A DNA stretch of 64,000 bases from Eledone cirrhosa (taxonomy: Eukaryota), in NCBI GenBank assembly GCA_964016885.1, contig OZ024743.1, positions 51,894,001 to 51,958,000 on the forward strand. Reading direction: 5' to 3'. Position numbers and translations under genes: made by a program. Shown here piece after piece: positions 25,991 through 38,818 of this stretch (position 1 is its first letter; every line of letters begins with the position of its first letter). The notes under the pieces were generated by a model, which was given only the letters and a program-made list of their open reading frames with translations, was not told the origin of the DNA and did not search any database.

Positions 25991-27305
25991 GCTAGAGAAG
26001 AAATTCCAAACATGGAAGCACGGCCTAGATTCAAAAGGCCTTAAAATTAACCTGGCTAAGACTAAAGTTCTAGTTTGTAAGAAAGAAAATAAGGCGGCGG
26101 TCCCCTCCGGGAAGTGGCCATGTGCAGAGTGTAGGAAAGGCGTAGGTAGAAATTCCATTTTGTGTCCCAAATGCAAAGTTTGGGTGCATAAAAGATGTAG
26201 TGGGATCACAGGTAAGCTAACTAAGAACATAGATTTTACATGTAGCCGGTGTTCTGGGGCAATAAGTAGCAGCAAGTGCCCACAAAATACTAGCTCTTTC
26301 AACTGCGCAGAGGGTTCTATAGAAATAGTGGACAGCTTCCGTTACCTGGGTGACAAAATCAGCAGTGGGGGAGGGTGCTCTGAAAGTACAGTAGCTAGAG
26401 TCAGAACTGGGTGGAAAAAGTTCAGAGAGCTTATACCACTATTAGCCGCTAAAGGGTTCTCCCTAAAAATGAAAGGCAGGCTGTACGATGCCTGCATACG
26501 AACAGCAATGTTGCATGGCAGTGAGACCTGGGCATTGTGTGCAGAGGATATACGCAGACTAGAGAGAAACGAAGCTTGCATGCTCCGCTGGATGTGTAAT
26601 AGTAATATACGTGAACGACAAAGCATAAACGAACTAAGGAAGAAATTAGAAATAAGAGGGATCAGATGTTGTTTACTAGAGAGAAGGCTACGTTGGTATG
26701 GTCACGTGATGCGCATGAAGGACGATAGCTGTATAACAAAGTGCAGGGCAATAAAGATAGACGGTAGCCACGGAATAGGCAGAACCCAGAAAAACCTGGG
26801 ATGAGCTGATAAACTCTGACCTCACACACTTACACCTCACCAAGACAATGTCACTGGACCGAGACCTTTGGCGGTACTCAGTAATAGAGAAGACCCGCCT
26901 TACCTAAATATATAGTAAAACCTACTCCAGCCAGTAGGCATCTCTAACAAAATACACCCCGTCCCACCACCCCCACCCGATCCACACCACCCCGTTCTAT
27001 GTAAAGTTATGTTGGTGCCGCGCCATCGAGGCCGAAACAAATGAGATCGTGTAAGTGTCACGACAAAAAAACACACAGTCCACGCTGTAATGTGGCCGTG
27101 TAGGCAACACGGTAAAAACCTCCCAGACCCACACTGTAAATGTGGTTGGTGTTAGGAAGGGCATCCAACTGTAGAAAACCTGCCAGACAGTCCTATGCGA
27201 GCAAGACAATCACTCTTGCCTCAAGTGGGAAAACCACCGTCCAAACCCATGCAAGCGTGGAACACGGACGTTAAACGTTGATGATGATGATGATGATGAT
27301 GATGA
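25991..27305 (+). mobile_element. 5'-truncated RTE LINE (family B), C-terminal part and 3' UTR
   Basis: 271-aa ORF closely similar to the C-terminus of the 14205-15962 ORF; (GAT)n tail at 27279-27305; inserted in (TA)n. Confidence 0.93.
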
Positions 27306-27437
27306 TATATATTATAATGAAATGACAGGAGGCTGGATTTACGTTGAGGCTGCTTTACGTTGAGTACTCTCTATATTATTGCATTACGATTGACCATACG
27401 GAATAGACCAGCTCTATACAGTGGTGAACCTCAAACC

Positions 27438-27584
<147 letters not shown>

Positions 27585-27908
27585 CGAAGGAAATGTGGTA
27601 AGGAACCAGGTAGACCATAACGCACCAAAGTACTCAATACTTAGGGTAGTAGAGTGGGTAATAGGAACCAGCAAGACCCCAGAATTAGCCGTCGAAAGGG
27701 CTTGAGCTCAGTCGTCGGGGTCTTACTGGTTCCTATATATATATATATATATATAGAAAAGATGAATATAAAATGAAAGTGCTTTTTTTAAAAAGGAATT
27801 TATTAGGTATTGACATATGTTTCTGTAACAGACGGAATACCTATGTATCGCTGCTTGCGTAATCATATAATGTTAGCAAGTATTCGATAGCAAATGTATA
27901 TATATATA

Positions 27909-27959
<51 letters not shown>

Positions 27960-28369
27960 GAATAAAATGTAATTGATCAAAAGAACATCTATTTTATTAA
28001 TATTTGTATTTTAATATTAATAACTCTGGAAAATTATTTTTCATAGAGTGCTTCCAATCTACTGTAAAACTCATTCTTTGATATACTCATTGAATCTTGT
28101 TTAACTCTTTAATATATATATATATATATATTTATTAAAATAACAGATTAAAGTTTAAGCAAAGAATCGCTGCTTTCACCCTTAACGGGATCTTCTGAAA
28201 CTTATCGAACCCTCTTTGGATTTTAGTCTTCAAATTTATTATTATTACTATATATATATATATATATTTATATAAATGAAAAATATATATATACATATGA
28301 AATCCTATTTCTATATATACATATATACATATATATATATATACATATAGACATATATATATATTAGAT

Positions 28370-30095
28370 ATATTTCTTTATTAGCCACAAGGGCGCACAA
28401 GAAAAGGGGACAATACAAAGACATGCTGGGGATTTTACATACAGTCGTGTAAAAAATATAAAAACATTTACAATAATCGAAATCCCCAATAGGAGGGAGG
28501 CGCCACAAATGGGTTGTTTAATACCCCGTCGATAGAACAACCCTCAACTCCAGGAGCGTGTTGTACAAGTGCTCCTTTCTTCCTTTTGCTCTCTTCCTCA
28601 ACCTACAGGCTTATACACAGAGAAGGCCCAATCACTCGGGCCATTTTTGCTTCATTCACCCACCTTTCAGTAAATTTACTGGGGTGCAGTGCCTCTCTCT
28701 CCACCCTGATTCTCCTTCTAATGTGATACTTAAAGAAGGGAATCAATTGTTGTCCGGAGAGAAAGGCATCTGTCCTCAGTCCTCTCAACCTCGGCCACCA
28801 TATAACTTCTTTCACCATAGCCACCGTACAGAGGAAAACCGCCTCTGTTTCGTTTTTGAAAGGGGCTGGCAGTTTGATCCTTACTATGGACTCAGCAGTC
28901 AACTGGATTTGTCCCATACGCGGCAGCAGTTGTTCTGCATAGTTCCACAGGTCGGTTACGCCCGGGCAGTGTACAATTGTGTGCAGGACAGTTTCAATGT
29001 CCTGCGCGCATCTTGGACACGTCCTCTTGGAAGGATCCCTGACGGGGCGTCCATGCCTGTAGATCTTGTCACAAACCGGTAGAGCTCCTCGGTAGCACTG
29101 CCAGGCCAGGGACCTCTGGAAGTTGTCCATAGGTCCCGGGCGGAAAGTCCTACCAAACAGACTGGTGAGCTCATCGTCTTCGATGCCCAGAGTCTCTCCG
29201 AGCACGTCGTCGCCCTTGTAACGTACAATCCCTCTATAGAATGTCGAAGTGGAGTCTCCACTGATTGCTGCGCCCGCTTGCCAGAGGACTGTGAGCGCCT
29301 GAGTGCATTCAATGTGCCAGGCGCCCATCGTTTTCGGTCTTTTCTTCACCCAGGACTGCAGCTCCATCAGCGAGACGAGCTGTGGGAAAGCCTGTCTCAC
29401 AAACGGTGCCCACACCGGTTGGGGGTCGGTGAGGAATACCTGGAGATGCCGCAGCCTCAGCGCATGTTTGCGCATCATCAGCCATGGCATTCCTAGCCCT
29501 CTGTTGGAAGGGTGATGACAGCAGACGGATCTCCTCACCAGCGGAGCCTGCTTCTTCCACAGAAACTGGAAGAGCATGCGTTCCATTTTGGCGAGGTGTT
29601 CACGGGGACAAGGCACGACAGTCAAGCGGTAGTAGATGACGGACGCTATGAAAGTGTTCGCCACCTCCGCTGGACCTTTCAAGGACAGTTTGCACTCTGC
29701 CCACTTCTGGGTGAGTGCAAACACCTTGGCCGTGACCTCCTTCCAGTTTTTCTCTATCTGGAGGTCTGGACTGAACCAGACCCCGAGCAATTAAACCGGT
29801 CCGTCCGTCCAACGTCCAACGACGCTGTCGGACATCATCGGTTTGGCTCTCCACGTACCGAGTTGCAAACCGACAGACTTGTCCGGGTTTAGTTTTGCTC
29901 TCGTCAGCGTTTCGTATTCTTTCAGTAAGTTGCCGATCACCCCGATTTCCGAGGTGCTCGACACCATTACCGTCACGTCGTCGGCATAAGCCGACGCCGC
30001 TTTGCGCAGTCCCGGTTCTAGAGGGATGCCCTGCAACAGCTCCAATTTCTGCAGTAGTGACTCTAGAGTAGATACATACAGAATGAGATAGATAG
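28370..30095 (-). mobile_element. 5'-truncated L1/Tx1-clade LINE ORF2 (end of RT and C-terminal CCHC zinc finger)
   Basis: AYADDVTVMV and KLNPDKSVGL, one stop, then a 395-aa ORF with LSLKG..VANTF, GLGMP and CPRC..ETVLHTIVHC; AATAAA near the 3' end adjoining (TA)n. Confidence 0.88.
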
Positions 30096-30144
30096 ATTTA
30101 AAAGAGTCGAGGTCAGTGTTGCAGCATATATACAAACTTTATTT

Positions 30145-30217
30145 GCATATTACAATTGTTTTGATATCAATCAAGATGACGGGACCCGACTTTTTTTCGA
30201 CATCTCATCAGATATAC
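30145..30217 (-). ncRNA. Decayed type I hammerhead ribozyme (GAAA mutated to AAAA)
   Basis: Minus strand GTATAT-CTGATGA-GATGTCGA[loop]TTGATATC-AAAA-CAATTG-TA-ATATGC; stems intact, catalytic G lost in a CpG context. Confidence 0.65.
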
Positions 30218-30585
30218 GAGCTTATATGTGCAAAGACACATCTAGCTGTGTCTTTGCATATATTACTTCGTAACAGCATTGAGTAGTTCAAATGGCACGC
30301 CGCCTGTAACTGTTGTTACACACCAAGCTAACACACACACACATATATATATAATAAAACAGGATGGATTCAGTATGAAACTTGTTAGACCATTACTCAA
30401 CAGAGTACTCGATATTTGGGGTAGTAGAGTATGATTATATTATAAAGAGTTGGACATATACATATGTAAGTATGGGTTATATTGAACATTAATAGTAATG
30501 TTCGATCCGTTTGTAAACAAACAGCCCGATTAAAGCTGTGCCGATGACAAATTGTCATCCGTTTGTTCAACACTGGCATTGAGGA

Positions 30586-30628
30586 ACAATCAACATGTTT
30601 CTGGGTCATTACCCTTCATCAGGACTGT
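30586..30628 (-). ncRNA. Type I hammerhead ribozyme homologous to the array HHR
   Basis: ACAGTC-CTGATGA-A-GGGT-AATG-ACCC-A-GAAA-CATG-TT-GATTGT; palindromic ACATGT, GUU triplet. Confidence 0.72.
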
Positions 30629-30629
30629 A

Positions 30630-30977
30630 TCATCATCATCATCATTTCATTTTACGTTCGCTTTTCCCTGCTTGCAAGGGTGGGACGGGAACTGATTCTG
30701 GCTTGATTTCTACAGCTGGATGCCCTTCCTAACATCAACCTCATTTACAGTGAGTGCTGGGTGCTTTTTTGCCGGGGCACCTCCACGACCACTTTGCAGT
30801 GGAATGATATGGACCCCAGTCCCTATCATCTCATTTCTACAGCTGAGTAAACTGGAGCAATGTGAAATAAAGTGTCTTGCTTGCTCAAGGAAACAACACA
30901 TCACCCGGTCTGAGAATTGAACTCACAACCTTTCGATTGCAAGGCCAATGCTCTAACCACTAAGCCATGTGCCTCCA
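30630..30977 (-). mobile_element. tRNA-derived CORE-type SINE with RTE-derived tail
   Basis: Minus strand GGAGGCACATGGCTTAGTGGTTAGAGC head, GAGTTCAATTC B-box, CAAGACACTTTATTTCACATTGCTCC core, CTTGCAAGCAGGGAAAAG..GTAAAATGA tail. Confidence 0.85.
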
Positions 30978-31289
30978 TGTATATCTCTGCCAATCTGTTC
31001 AACAGTTGAAAATATATAGTATTTTCTTAAGTACCCAGTGTCATGAAAAGAAAATATTTTTCGGGAAATTATTGGATTTTTCCAAATTTAAAAGTTTATT
31101 AGGAACTTTCAATGTTTATTTTAGGTTTTGACGTCTGAAGAGCTCAGGCTGACATAACTGATAGTGCTCAGTTGATATGCATAACGGAGTTATACATATC
31201 TGAATATGGCCCACGATCTTTTATATATTTATATGTGTGTGTATGTGTGTGTATGTGTGTGTGTATACATACATAAACTCTTTTCCTAC

Positions 31290-31718
31290 TATATCAATAT
31301 CACTATATCACTATATCAATATCACTATGTCACTATATCACTATATCAATACCACTATGTCACTATATCACTATATCACTATAACTATATCACTATATCA
31401 TTATATCAATATCACTATATCACTATATCACTATATCACTAAATCACTATATCAATATCACTATGTCAATATCACTATATCACTATATCAATATCACTAT
31501 ATCACTATAACACTATATCAATATCACTATATCACTATATCAATATCACTATATCACTATATCACTATAGCTATATCACTATATCATTATATCACTATCA
31601 CTATATCACTATATCATTATATCACTATCACTATATCACTATATCAATATCACTATATCACTATATCAATATCACTATATCACTATCACTATATCACTAT
31701 ATCAATATAACTATATCA
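31290..31718. repeat. (TATCAC/TATATCAC)n microsatellite
   Basis: Direct inspection. Confidence 0.9.
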
Positions 31719-33764
31719 AGCGTAAAAACATATTTCTTCATTGTACTGTGTTGTTTGCTTTGTTGTTTCTGTTTACCTTTTACACCCCCACCCTCCAACA
31801 CAAACTAAAAAGAACGTTAAGAAAAACAGAGAGGGAGGGGGGAGAGAGAAAGAGAGAGAGAGAGACGGAGAGAGAGAGAGAGAGACGGAGAGAGAGAGAG
31901 AGAGACGGAGAGAGAGAGAGAGAGGCATACAGTGACACTAGATAAAAGAGGGTTGGTCTAATGAAGGAGGAAAGGGGGATGAAGAAGAAGAAGGTAAGGA
32001 AAACCGATCAAAAGCCAAATAAATAGATGGTTTAAAGCACAGGTTCTCAACCCATTTAGGCCAAACGCCCCCTTTTGTTCCTCAAAATCACGAAACGCCC
32101 CTACCCTATTTTTCCATTTTTCAATATACTATTGATTTTGATATCAGTAGATTACTAAAAAATTGATTAACAATATTCCAAAGATACCATTGCAGGCAGC
32201 TGAGAGTATAAATACATTCCTTGAAAGGAAATATATAAATTTCAAAAAAAAGAACATAAATGTTCTTTTTTATGAATAAGGACCAGTTGAATTTGTTATA
32301 TTCCCACCAGACGATACCAACTATTTTGAACATTTATACAAGAGCAATTCTGTCTATCCCAAGAGTGCTCTTATCTGGAAGAAAGTGGCAATTATATCAT
32401 TTCAAGGCTTTCAATTTTCCCGTTAATGAAACGGACAGAATAAATGTTGATATCTAACTTGATGTCCCCTCTGCTTTGTGAGCTGAGACCACGGAAGAGA
32501 GTTTTCATGACCACGCAGGAGGGTATATTTATTAGTAAATGGTAAAATATATACAACAAATGAGTAAGTGAATTGTAGTAGATGGTTTCCAGTCCAGTCA
32601 GACTGCAACTACAAATAAAAAAATTGTTAGTTTGCTTTGTAACAATAGCATATCCAAGTTTTCGGATAAATTAACTTACTTTAACTTTGACCTCATTTCA
32701 ATGGGACCCTTGAGCTTCATGGAGTCTAGCTAACTCTTTGACGTGAGGCTGAATTTTCCTAAGATGTAGCCAGAGATCTCCACGTGTAATTACATTGTAG
32801 TGGTTGCGAGACTTACTGTGCAGTCTGGAAACAGCACCAAACCTCCTCTCGACTAAGTATGAGCTTGGAAAAGGCAGAGCAAATCTCTTAGCCTCTGCAT
32901 GTAGGTGTGGAAATTAATGCTGAATTTCCTCTTGCATCCCAAAAAGGGGTTCACCTATTTTGGGAAATCTAATTTTCATCATGTCATCTGCTTGAGTTCA
33001 ATGAATTCTTCTTGAAATTTAACGTCCAAATCGTCGACGGTAACTATGAAGGGATTTGCTATCCACATTGGGATGTCCATCGGCAAAAGGTCGACAAACC
33101 GTTCTCTCATGTTGTCTTGTAGTGCACGGAGGTGAGTGGTATAAATTTGAAGTTGGTCATCGCTTACAATATTTTGAACATTGGTGACACTAGGAAAATT
33201 ATAGAATTCCCGTCAACACAGATTCCTTTCGATGACATTCAATTTGGCCAAGAATGTTTTCACAGCATTCCTTGCTTTAAGCAAGGTGATCTTCTCCTGC
33301 AAAGCCAAAATGACACTATTGCATTTGTCGAAGATGTTGGTGAGGTAGGCGCAATCTTGCCTCACATCGAGGGTTTTCTAGTACAGTTCTGTGTTGCGTC
33401 CTCGCAGAAACTCAATGATAGAGTCGAAGAGTTCAAAGAAGTGAGTAAAGCATTTGACCTTTGAAAGCCACCTCACCTCAGTATGAAGGAGCAACTTGAC
33501 GAATTCTTCGTCATTATCTTGGCACAGTTGCCAGAAAATTTGTTCATTGAGGGAATGCCGTTTGATAAAATTGATGCCATCAATGGCCACCTGCAAGGAC
33601 TTGCTTAGCGGCTTCCTGAGTTTCTTCACAGCCAAGTGTTGTCGATGAATGACACAATGAACAGCAAATACAGATAGATTTTCTCTCTTCAGAAGAGTGA
33701 CGAAGCCCTTGTGTTGGCTGACCATTGCTCTTGCGTCGTCCGTAGCACATGATACAATGTGTAT

Positions 33765-34075
33765 TGTATGTGGTCCTAGATGTATGTATTACCTGCCTGT
33801 GTGTTTTATGTGGTCCTAGATGTGTGTATTACCTGCTTATGTGTTGTATGTGGTCCTAGATGTTTGTATTACCTGCTTATGCGTTGTATGTGGTCCTAGA
33901 TGTATGTATTACCTGCCTGTGTGTTGTATGTGGTCCTAGATGTGTGTGCTACCTCCTTATGTGTTGCGTGTGGTCCTAGATGCGTGTATTACCTCCTTAT
34001 GTGTTGTATGTGGTCCTAGATGTGTGTATTATCTGATTATGTGTTGTATGTAGTCCTAGATGTATGTGCTACCCG
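33765..34075. repeat. 40-bp minisatellite (8 copies) inside the hAT element
   Basis: TGGTCCTAGA (last copy TAGTCCTAGA) recurs at 33771, 33811, 33851, 33891, 33931, 33971, 34011 and 34051. Confidence 0.92.
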
Positions 34076-34094
34076 CTTCTGTTTTTTCTTTTCT

Positions 34095-34235
34095 TTTTTT
34101 ATGCACCCATACTTTGTATTTGGAACATAAAATGGAGTTTCTGCCTACTCCTTTCCTACACACTGAGCATGGCCATTTCCCAGATGGGACTGGTGCCCTA
34201 TTTTCCTTCCTACAAATGATGATGATGATGATGAA
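34095..34235 (-). mobile_element. Internal RTE family B fragment next to an oppositely oriented (GAT)n tract
   Basis: 34095-34214 matches ~14633-14750; followed by ATGATGATG on the + strand. Confidence 0.75.
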
Positions 34236-34789
34236 TATTATTTATACAATGGGGAATAAAATAGATCTACATAGTGTTAACTCATTACGGTTGAGTCAAT
34301 AATTTCAGAGATGAAATACATTGTTATCGGTGAAGGAAAGATAAGATTCTATCTGGCTGCGCTCAAAGTATCCTTGACCCAGTTGACTGTGGGTTTTTCC
34401 ATTTTTAGGATCTCAATTACGGGTTAATGTCTCAATTACCAGACACGCCTGCACACTTGCTCACAGCTGCGGTCAGACTATAGTTATGCTGTCTGCAAGC
34501 TCATTCAAATGCATTCACACTGGCTGTCTCAAAGACATACAAATATGGCTTATAAAACTTACCAAAGTAAAGAGCCTTCCATCACCCCCCCTAACGGAAC
34601 CTTGCTCCCAAACGCCCCCAGGGGGTGCATATGGTCCCCATTAAGAACCTTTGGTTTAAAGGAATGATTAATATGGTGAGAAAGAATGGACGGTAGCCAA
34701 GAGGTGGCAGTGTAACATACACCAGTCCTTCCTCATCACACACATTCATACACTAGCATATAACTATCACATATATACATTGTTGTATG

Positions 34790-35095
34790 TGGACACACAC
34801 ACAAACATACACACACATACAACCACACACACACATACAACCATACACACACATACAACCACACACACATATACACATACAACCACACATACACAAACAT
34901 ACAACCACACACACAAACACACAACCACACACACATATACACATACAACCACACACACACAAACACAGAATAACACACACACACACACATGAATTACATG
35001 TACACGGAATACGATACAGACACATGAATTACGCGTACGCACATACATCGTATGTGTGTATGTATGAGTGTATGTATATAACACAAACACACACA
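34790..35095. repeat. (CA)-rich minisatellite (CATACAACCACACAC)
   Basis: Direct inspection. Confidence 0.85.
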
Positions 35096-35668
35096 CATAT
35101 TTGTTTCAATAATTAGTGATAGTTGATCAAGCAATCAACCGACGATAGTCTAATCTACCATAAGCACCGCGTCATGAGTATCATAAAGTATTACGTATAT
35201 GATATCTGACTGAACATCCATATTAAGAAAGAAGAGAGACGATTTTATATATCCACATTACATCACACCAGTTATGTACATTTCAAAGACATTCACATGT
35301 ATTTATGTAATAGTTATTTAATACGTTGTCGTCAGAGAGATGCTGAAAATGGAAACAATGTTTTGTTTTTTTAAAGGCCTGCTATTGAAAGGAAGGTGTG
35401 CATTCAGGATTACAGCAGGCATATGCTATATGAACGCTGGTAAGCCAGGAGTAGAAGAGTGGGAGCCACTGTGGCTATTGTAGGAGGTGAAAGTAGGTCA
35501 GTCTACTAAAGGTGTTCCAAAATGTTTTTCCGGAGACAAATAGAAAGACAGATGATATTAAACGAATGAAACAGTTCAAATTCTGTAGAAACGATTTTCA
35601 TCTTAAATAAATTACACAGATACACACACATGTACATATATTCCAGCATCAACAGATTTCCAAGAGAT

Positions 35669-35860
35669 GTCAACATGAATGGACCTGTTATTTTTATCTA
35701 AAGACATTTTTTTCCAATTCCAATGCGCCCGTCCCTTCAATCTATCTTATTTCTCATTCTTTCTTCTGATAAAGGACTAGCATCCGAAACGTTAAGACCC
35801 TCTTCCTGCTATTTCAAGCGTTAACTTAATACATTCCTTCTATATACTGTACCGATTGTG
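35669..35860 (+). mobile_element. PLE-like fragment with a decayed minimal HHR (35762-35797); paralogs at 52575-52770 and ~40815-40945
   Basis: TCTT-CTGATAA-A-GGA-CTAGCA-TCC-GAAA-CGTT-AAGA; highly similar to the 52575 copy. Confidence 0.65.
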
Positions 35861-35862
35861 TT

Positions 35863-36008
35863 CATCCAGCTGTAGATAACCTGCCAGATAGTCCTATACG
35901 AGCGAGACACAGTCACCCGACCAATCTTGCCTCAAGTGGGACAATTCCCGTCTAAGCCACACTAGCGTGGAAGATAGACGTTAAACGATGATGATGATGA
36001 TGATGATG

Positions 36009-36010
<2 letters not shown>
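35863..36010 (+). mobile_element. RTE family B 3' tail fragment
   Basis: Matches 27160-27305; (GAT)n tail. Confidence 0.8.
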
Positions 36011-36056
<46 letters not shown>

Positions 36057-36111
36057 GTATATATATGTATATATATATATATATGTATATATATGAATAT
36101 ATATATATGTA

Positions 36112-36175
<64 letters not shown>

Positions 36176-36184
36176 TGTATATAT

Positions 36185-38818
36185 ACTCTGAGGTTTTATA
36201 CCTTGTCGAGTGCTTGGCTGCACTGCTGAATGCATTCGTCGGTTTAGCTGCGGCTCGAGCTTCGAATATGCTGTACTTCCATTTTGTGATGCAGGTACAT
36301 TGACTATTTGCAACACAAACTTCCAGAAACCTGCCAATCACCTAATAACCTACAAATCTGGTGAGCACATAAGCCAGATTGACTTCTTACTAGTTAGGCA
36401 GCGGGACAGGCAGATAGTGTCTAATACCAAGGCATACCCTGGGGAAGAATGTACCCCACAGCATAGGCTAGTCGTTAGTGATATCTCAGTAAGCAAGAGA
36501 TGGAATGAGACATACAGGAAGGTGTGGAGAAGAAAGGTCTGGAAGCTAAAAGACCTTTCACTAAAATACAAATTTAGGAAAGCCCTTCAAGATGTATATG
36601 ACGAAAAAGAAGTCGATTTAGAGACGTATGACATAGATAATAAATAGAATTTCTTACGTGACAACTTGCTGCAGGCTACTGATGAAACTTGTGGCTGGAG
36701 CAGAGCTCCAACCAGACAGAGAGTGACCTGGTGGTGGAACAGCGCAGTAGATAAGGCCATTAGAGACAAAAGACTAGCGTGGAAGGCTTGGAAAAAGGGT
36801 GGGAGTAGGGAAGAATATACAGCCACTAAGAGAGAAGCTAGACGTCAGGTGTACTTAGCACGCAGGGAGGCGGAGAGTAGGTGGTTTGCCAATGTTCTGC
36901 GACGGGAAGATCAGAGGCGTGCGGTGTTCCACATTGCAAGGCAGTGTGTCAATGCAAATCAGGATGTTGTTGGAGATAAATGTGTCCGGGATGATGCCGG
37001 TGTACTTAGTGTCACGAATGATCAGAAAAAGGAGGCCTGGAAATGTCATTATGAGAGACTGATGAATGTGGAGAACGAATGGGAGAGAGAGAAATTACCC
37101 TTAGTAGATCCGACAGAGGGACCAGCTATTGAGATTGACGAATATAGGGTCCAAGAGGTGATTAGGGAAATGAAAAATGGTAAGGTTGCTGGACCATCGG
37201 GAATAGTTGCTGAGATGCTGAAGACATCAGGGGACGTAGGCACTAAACTGGTTGCACGCATCATCAATCAGGCTATATATGGTGGTGTCATAACCAAAGA
37301 CTGGTGCAGCAGTATTCTCATAAATTGCTACAAAGGTGAAAGGGATGCTCTCGAGAGGAGCAATTATAGGGGTATAAAACTGATAGATCAGGTTATGAAA
37401 GTGGCAGAAAGGATATTAGCACAACTAATTAGAGAAAGGGTCAAACTAGATGAGATGCAGTTTGGTTTTGTGCCTGGGAAGAGTACAACAGATGCCCTCT
37501 TCTTGGTGAGACAATTGCAAGAGAGGTTCTTAGAGAAAAATAAGCCACTATACTTAGCCTTTGTTGACCTAGAGAAGGCCTTTGATAGGGTACCCCGATC
37601 TGTCATCTGGTGGTCCCCAAGGAAGCTAGGTGTTGAGGAATGGCTTGTGAGGACAGTGCAAACTTTGTACAGAGGTACTCTCAGTAAAGTCAGGGTAGGA
37701 ATGGAGTTTAGTGAGGAATTCCAGATACAAGTAGGAGTACATCAAGGTTCGGTCCTCAGCCCGCTCTTGTTCATTATAGTCCTCCAAGCCATAACAGAGG
37801 AGTTTAAGACTGGCTGTCCATGGGAACTTCTCTATGCTAACGATCTGGTTCTTATAGCAGAATCAGTAGAGGAGCTAGAGAATAAATTCTGGCTATGGAA
37901 ACAGCAGTTGGAAGCAAGAGGACTGAGAGTGAACCTAGCTAAGACAAAAGTGTTGATGAGTATAAAAGAGGACAAAACCCTGATTCCGTCAGGGAAATGG
38001 CCATGTTCGATATGCAGAAAAGGAACTGGCATAAATTCTATAAAATGTACACAATGCAGATCCTGGGTACACAAGAGATGTAGCGGGATAGCAGGCAAAC
38101 TAACAGGTAGGGAGAAATATGTATGCAGTAGATGTACAGGGAAATTAGACAGTAGAAGTCGCATTGATAGACACATTTTTCAGATGCAGGAGGGCGCTAT
38201 AGAAGTGGTGGATAGCTTCCGGTACCTAGAAGATCAGATTAGCATGGGAGGAGGGTGTTCCGAGGCCATAGTATCTAGAATAAGGACGGGTTGGAAGAAG
38301 TTTAGGGAGTTGCTTCCTCTGTTGACGAAGAAGGGTTTCTCCCTGCGTACGAAAGGTAGGTTGTATGATACCTGTGTGAGGAGCACGATGCTGCATGGTA
38401 GTGAGACATGGGCAGCAACTGCAGAGGATATGCGACGGCTGGAGAGAAATGAGGCAAGCATGCTCCTTTGGATGTGCAGTGTAAATGTGCGTGAACGACC
38501 CAGCATAAATGTGTTGAGAGAGAAACTGTGTCTGAGAGGGATAGAATACGGGAGAGGAGACTGAGGTGGTATGGACATGTGATGCGCATGGAGGATGACC
38601 GATGGGTGAAGAAGTGCCAGGAAATGCCAGTTGAAGGAAGATGTGGTAGAGGTAGACCACGAAAAACATAGGCGGAGGTGGTGAGAACAGACCTCAGATC
38701 ATTGAAGCTCACGGTGGAGATGACGAAGGACCGTGACGAGTGGAGAGATGCTGAATAAGACCCGTCCCACCCTTGCAAGCAGGGAAAAGCTGACGTAAAA
38801 TGATGATGATGATGATGA

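Larger units (their letters stand above)
30500..31030 (-). repeat. Diverged solitary relative of the 466-bp unit, interrupted by a SINE
   Basis: CGTTTGTAAACAAAC..AGCC, GTCA.CC.TTTGTTCAACAC, GGAAC.AT then the HHR; homology resumes after the SINE (TCTGCCA..GAAA.TATATA..TTT.CTT). Confidence 0.7.
32038..34653 (-). mobile_element. Decayed hAT transposon, Buster/Charlie type
   Basis: 8-bp TSD GTTTAAAG (nnnTAnnn) at 32030-32037 and 34654-34661; TIRs CACAGGTTCTCAA / TTAAGAACCTTTG; transposase motifs VHCVIHRQHLA and LLHTEVRWLSK (33378-33725) and LPFPSSYLVERGF (~32840-32880). Confidence 0.9.

Noticed and set aside
28558-29892. Plus-strand ORFs (174 aa, 126 aa) as host genes
   Set aside because: Antisense shadows of the GC-rich Tx1-like ORF2.
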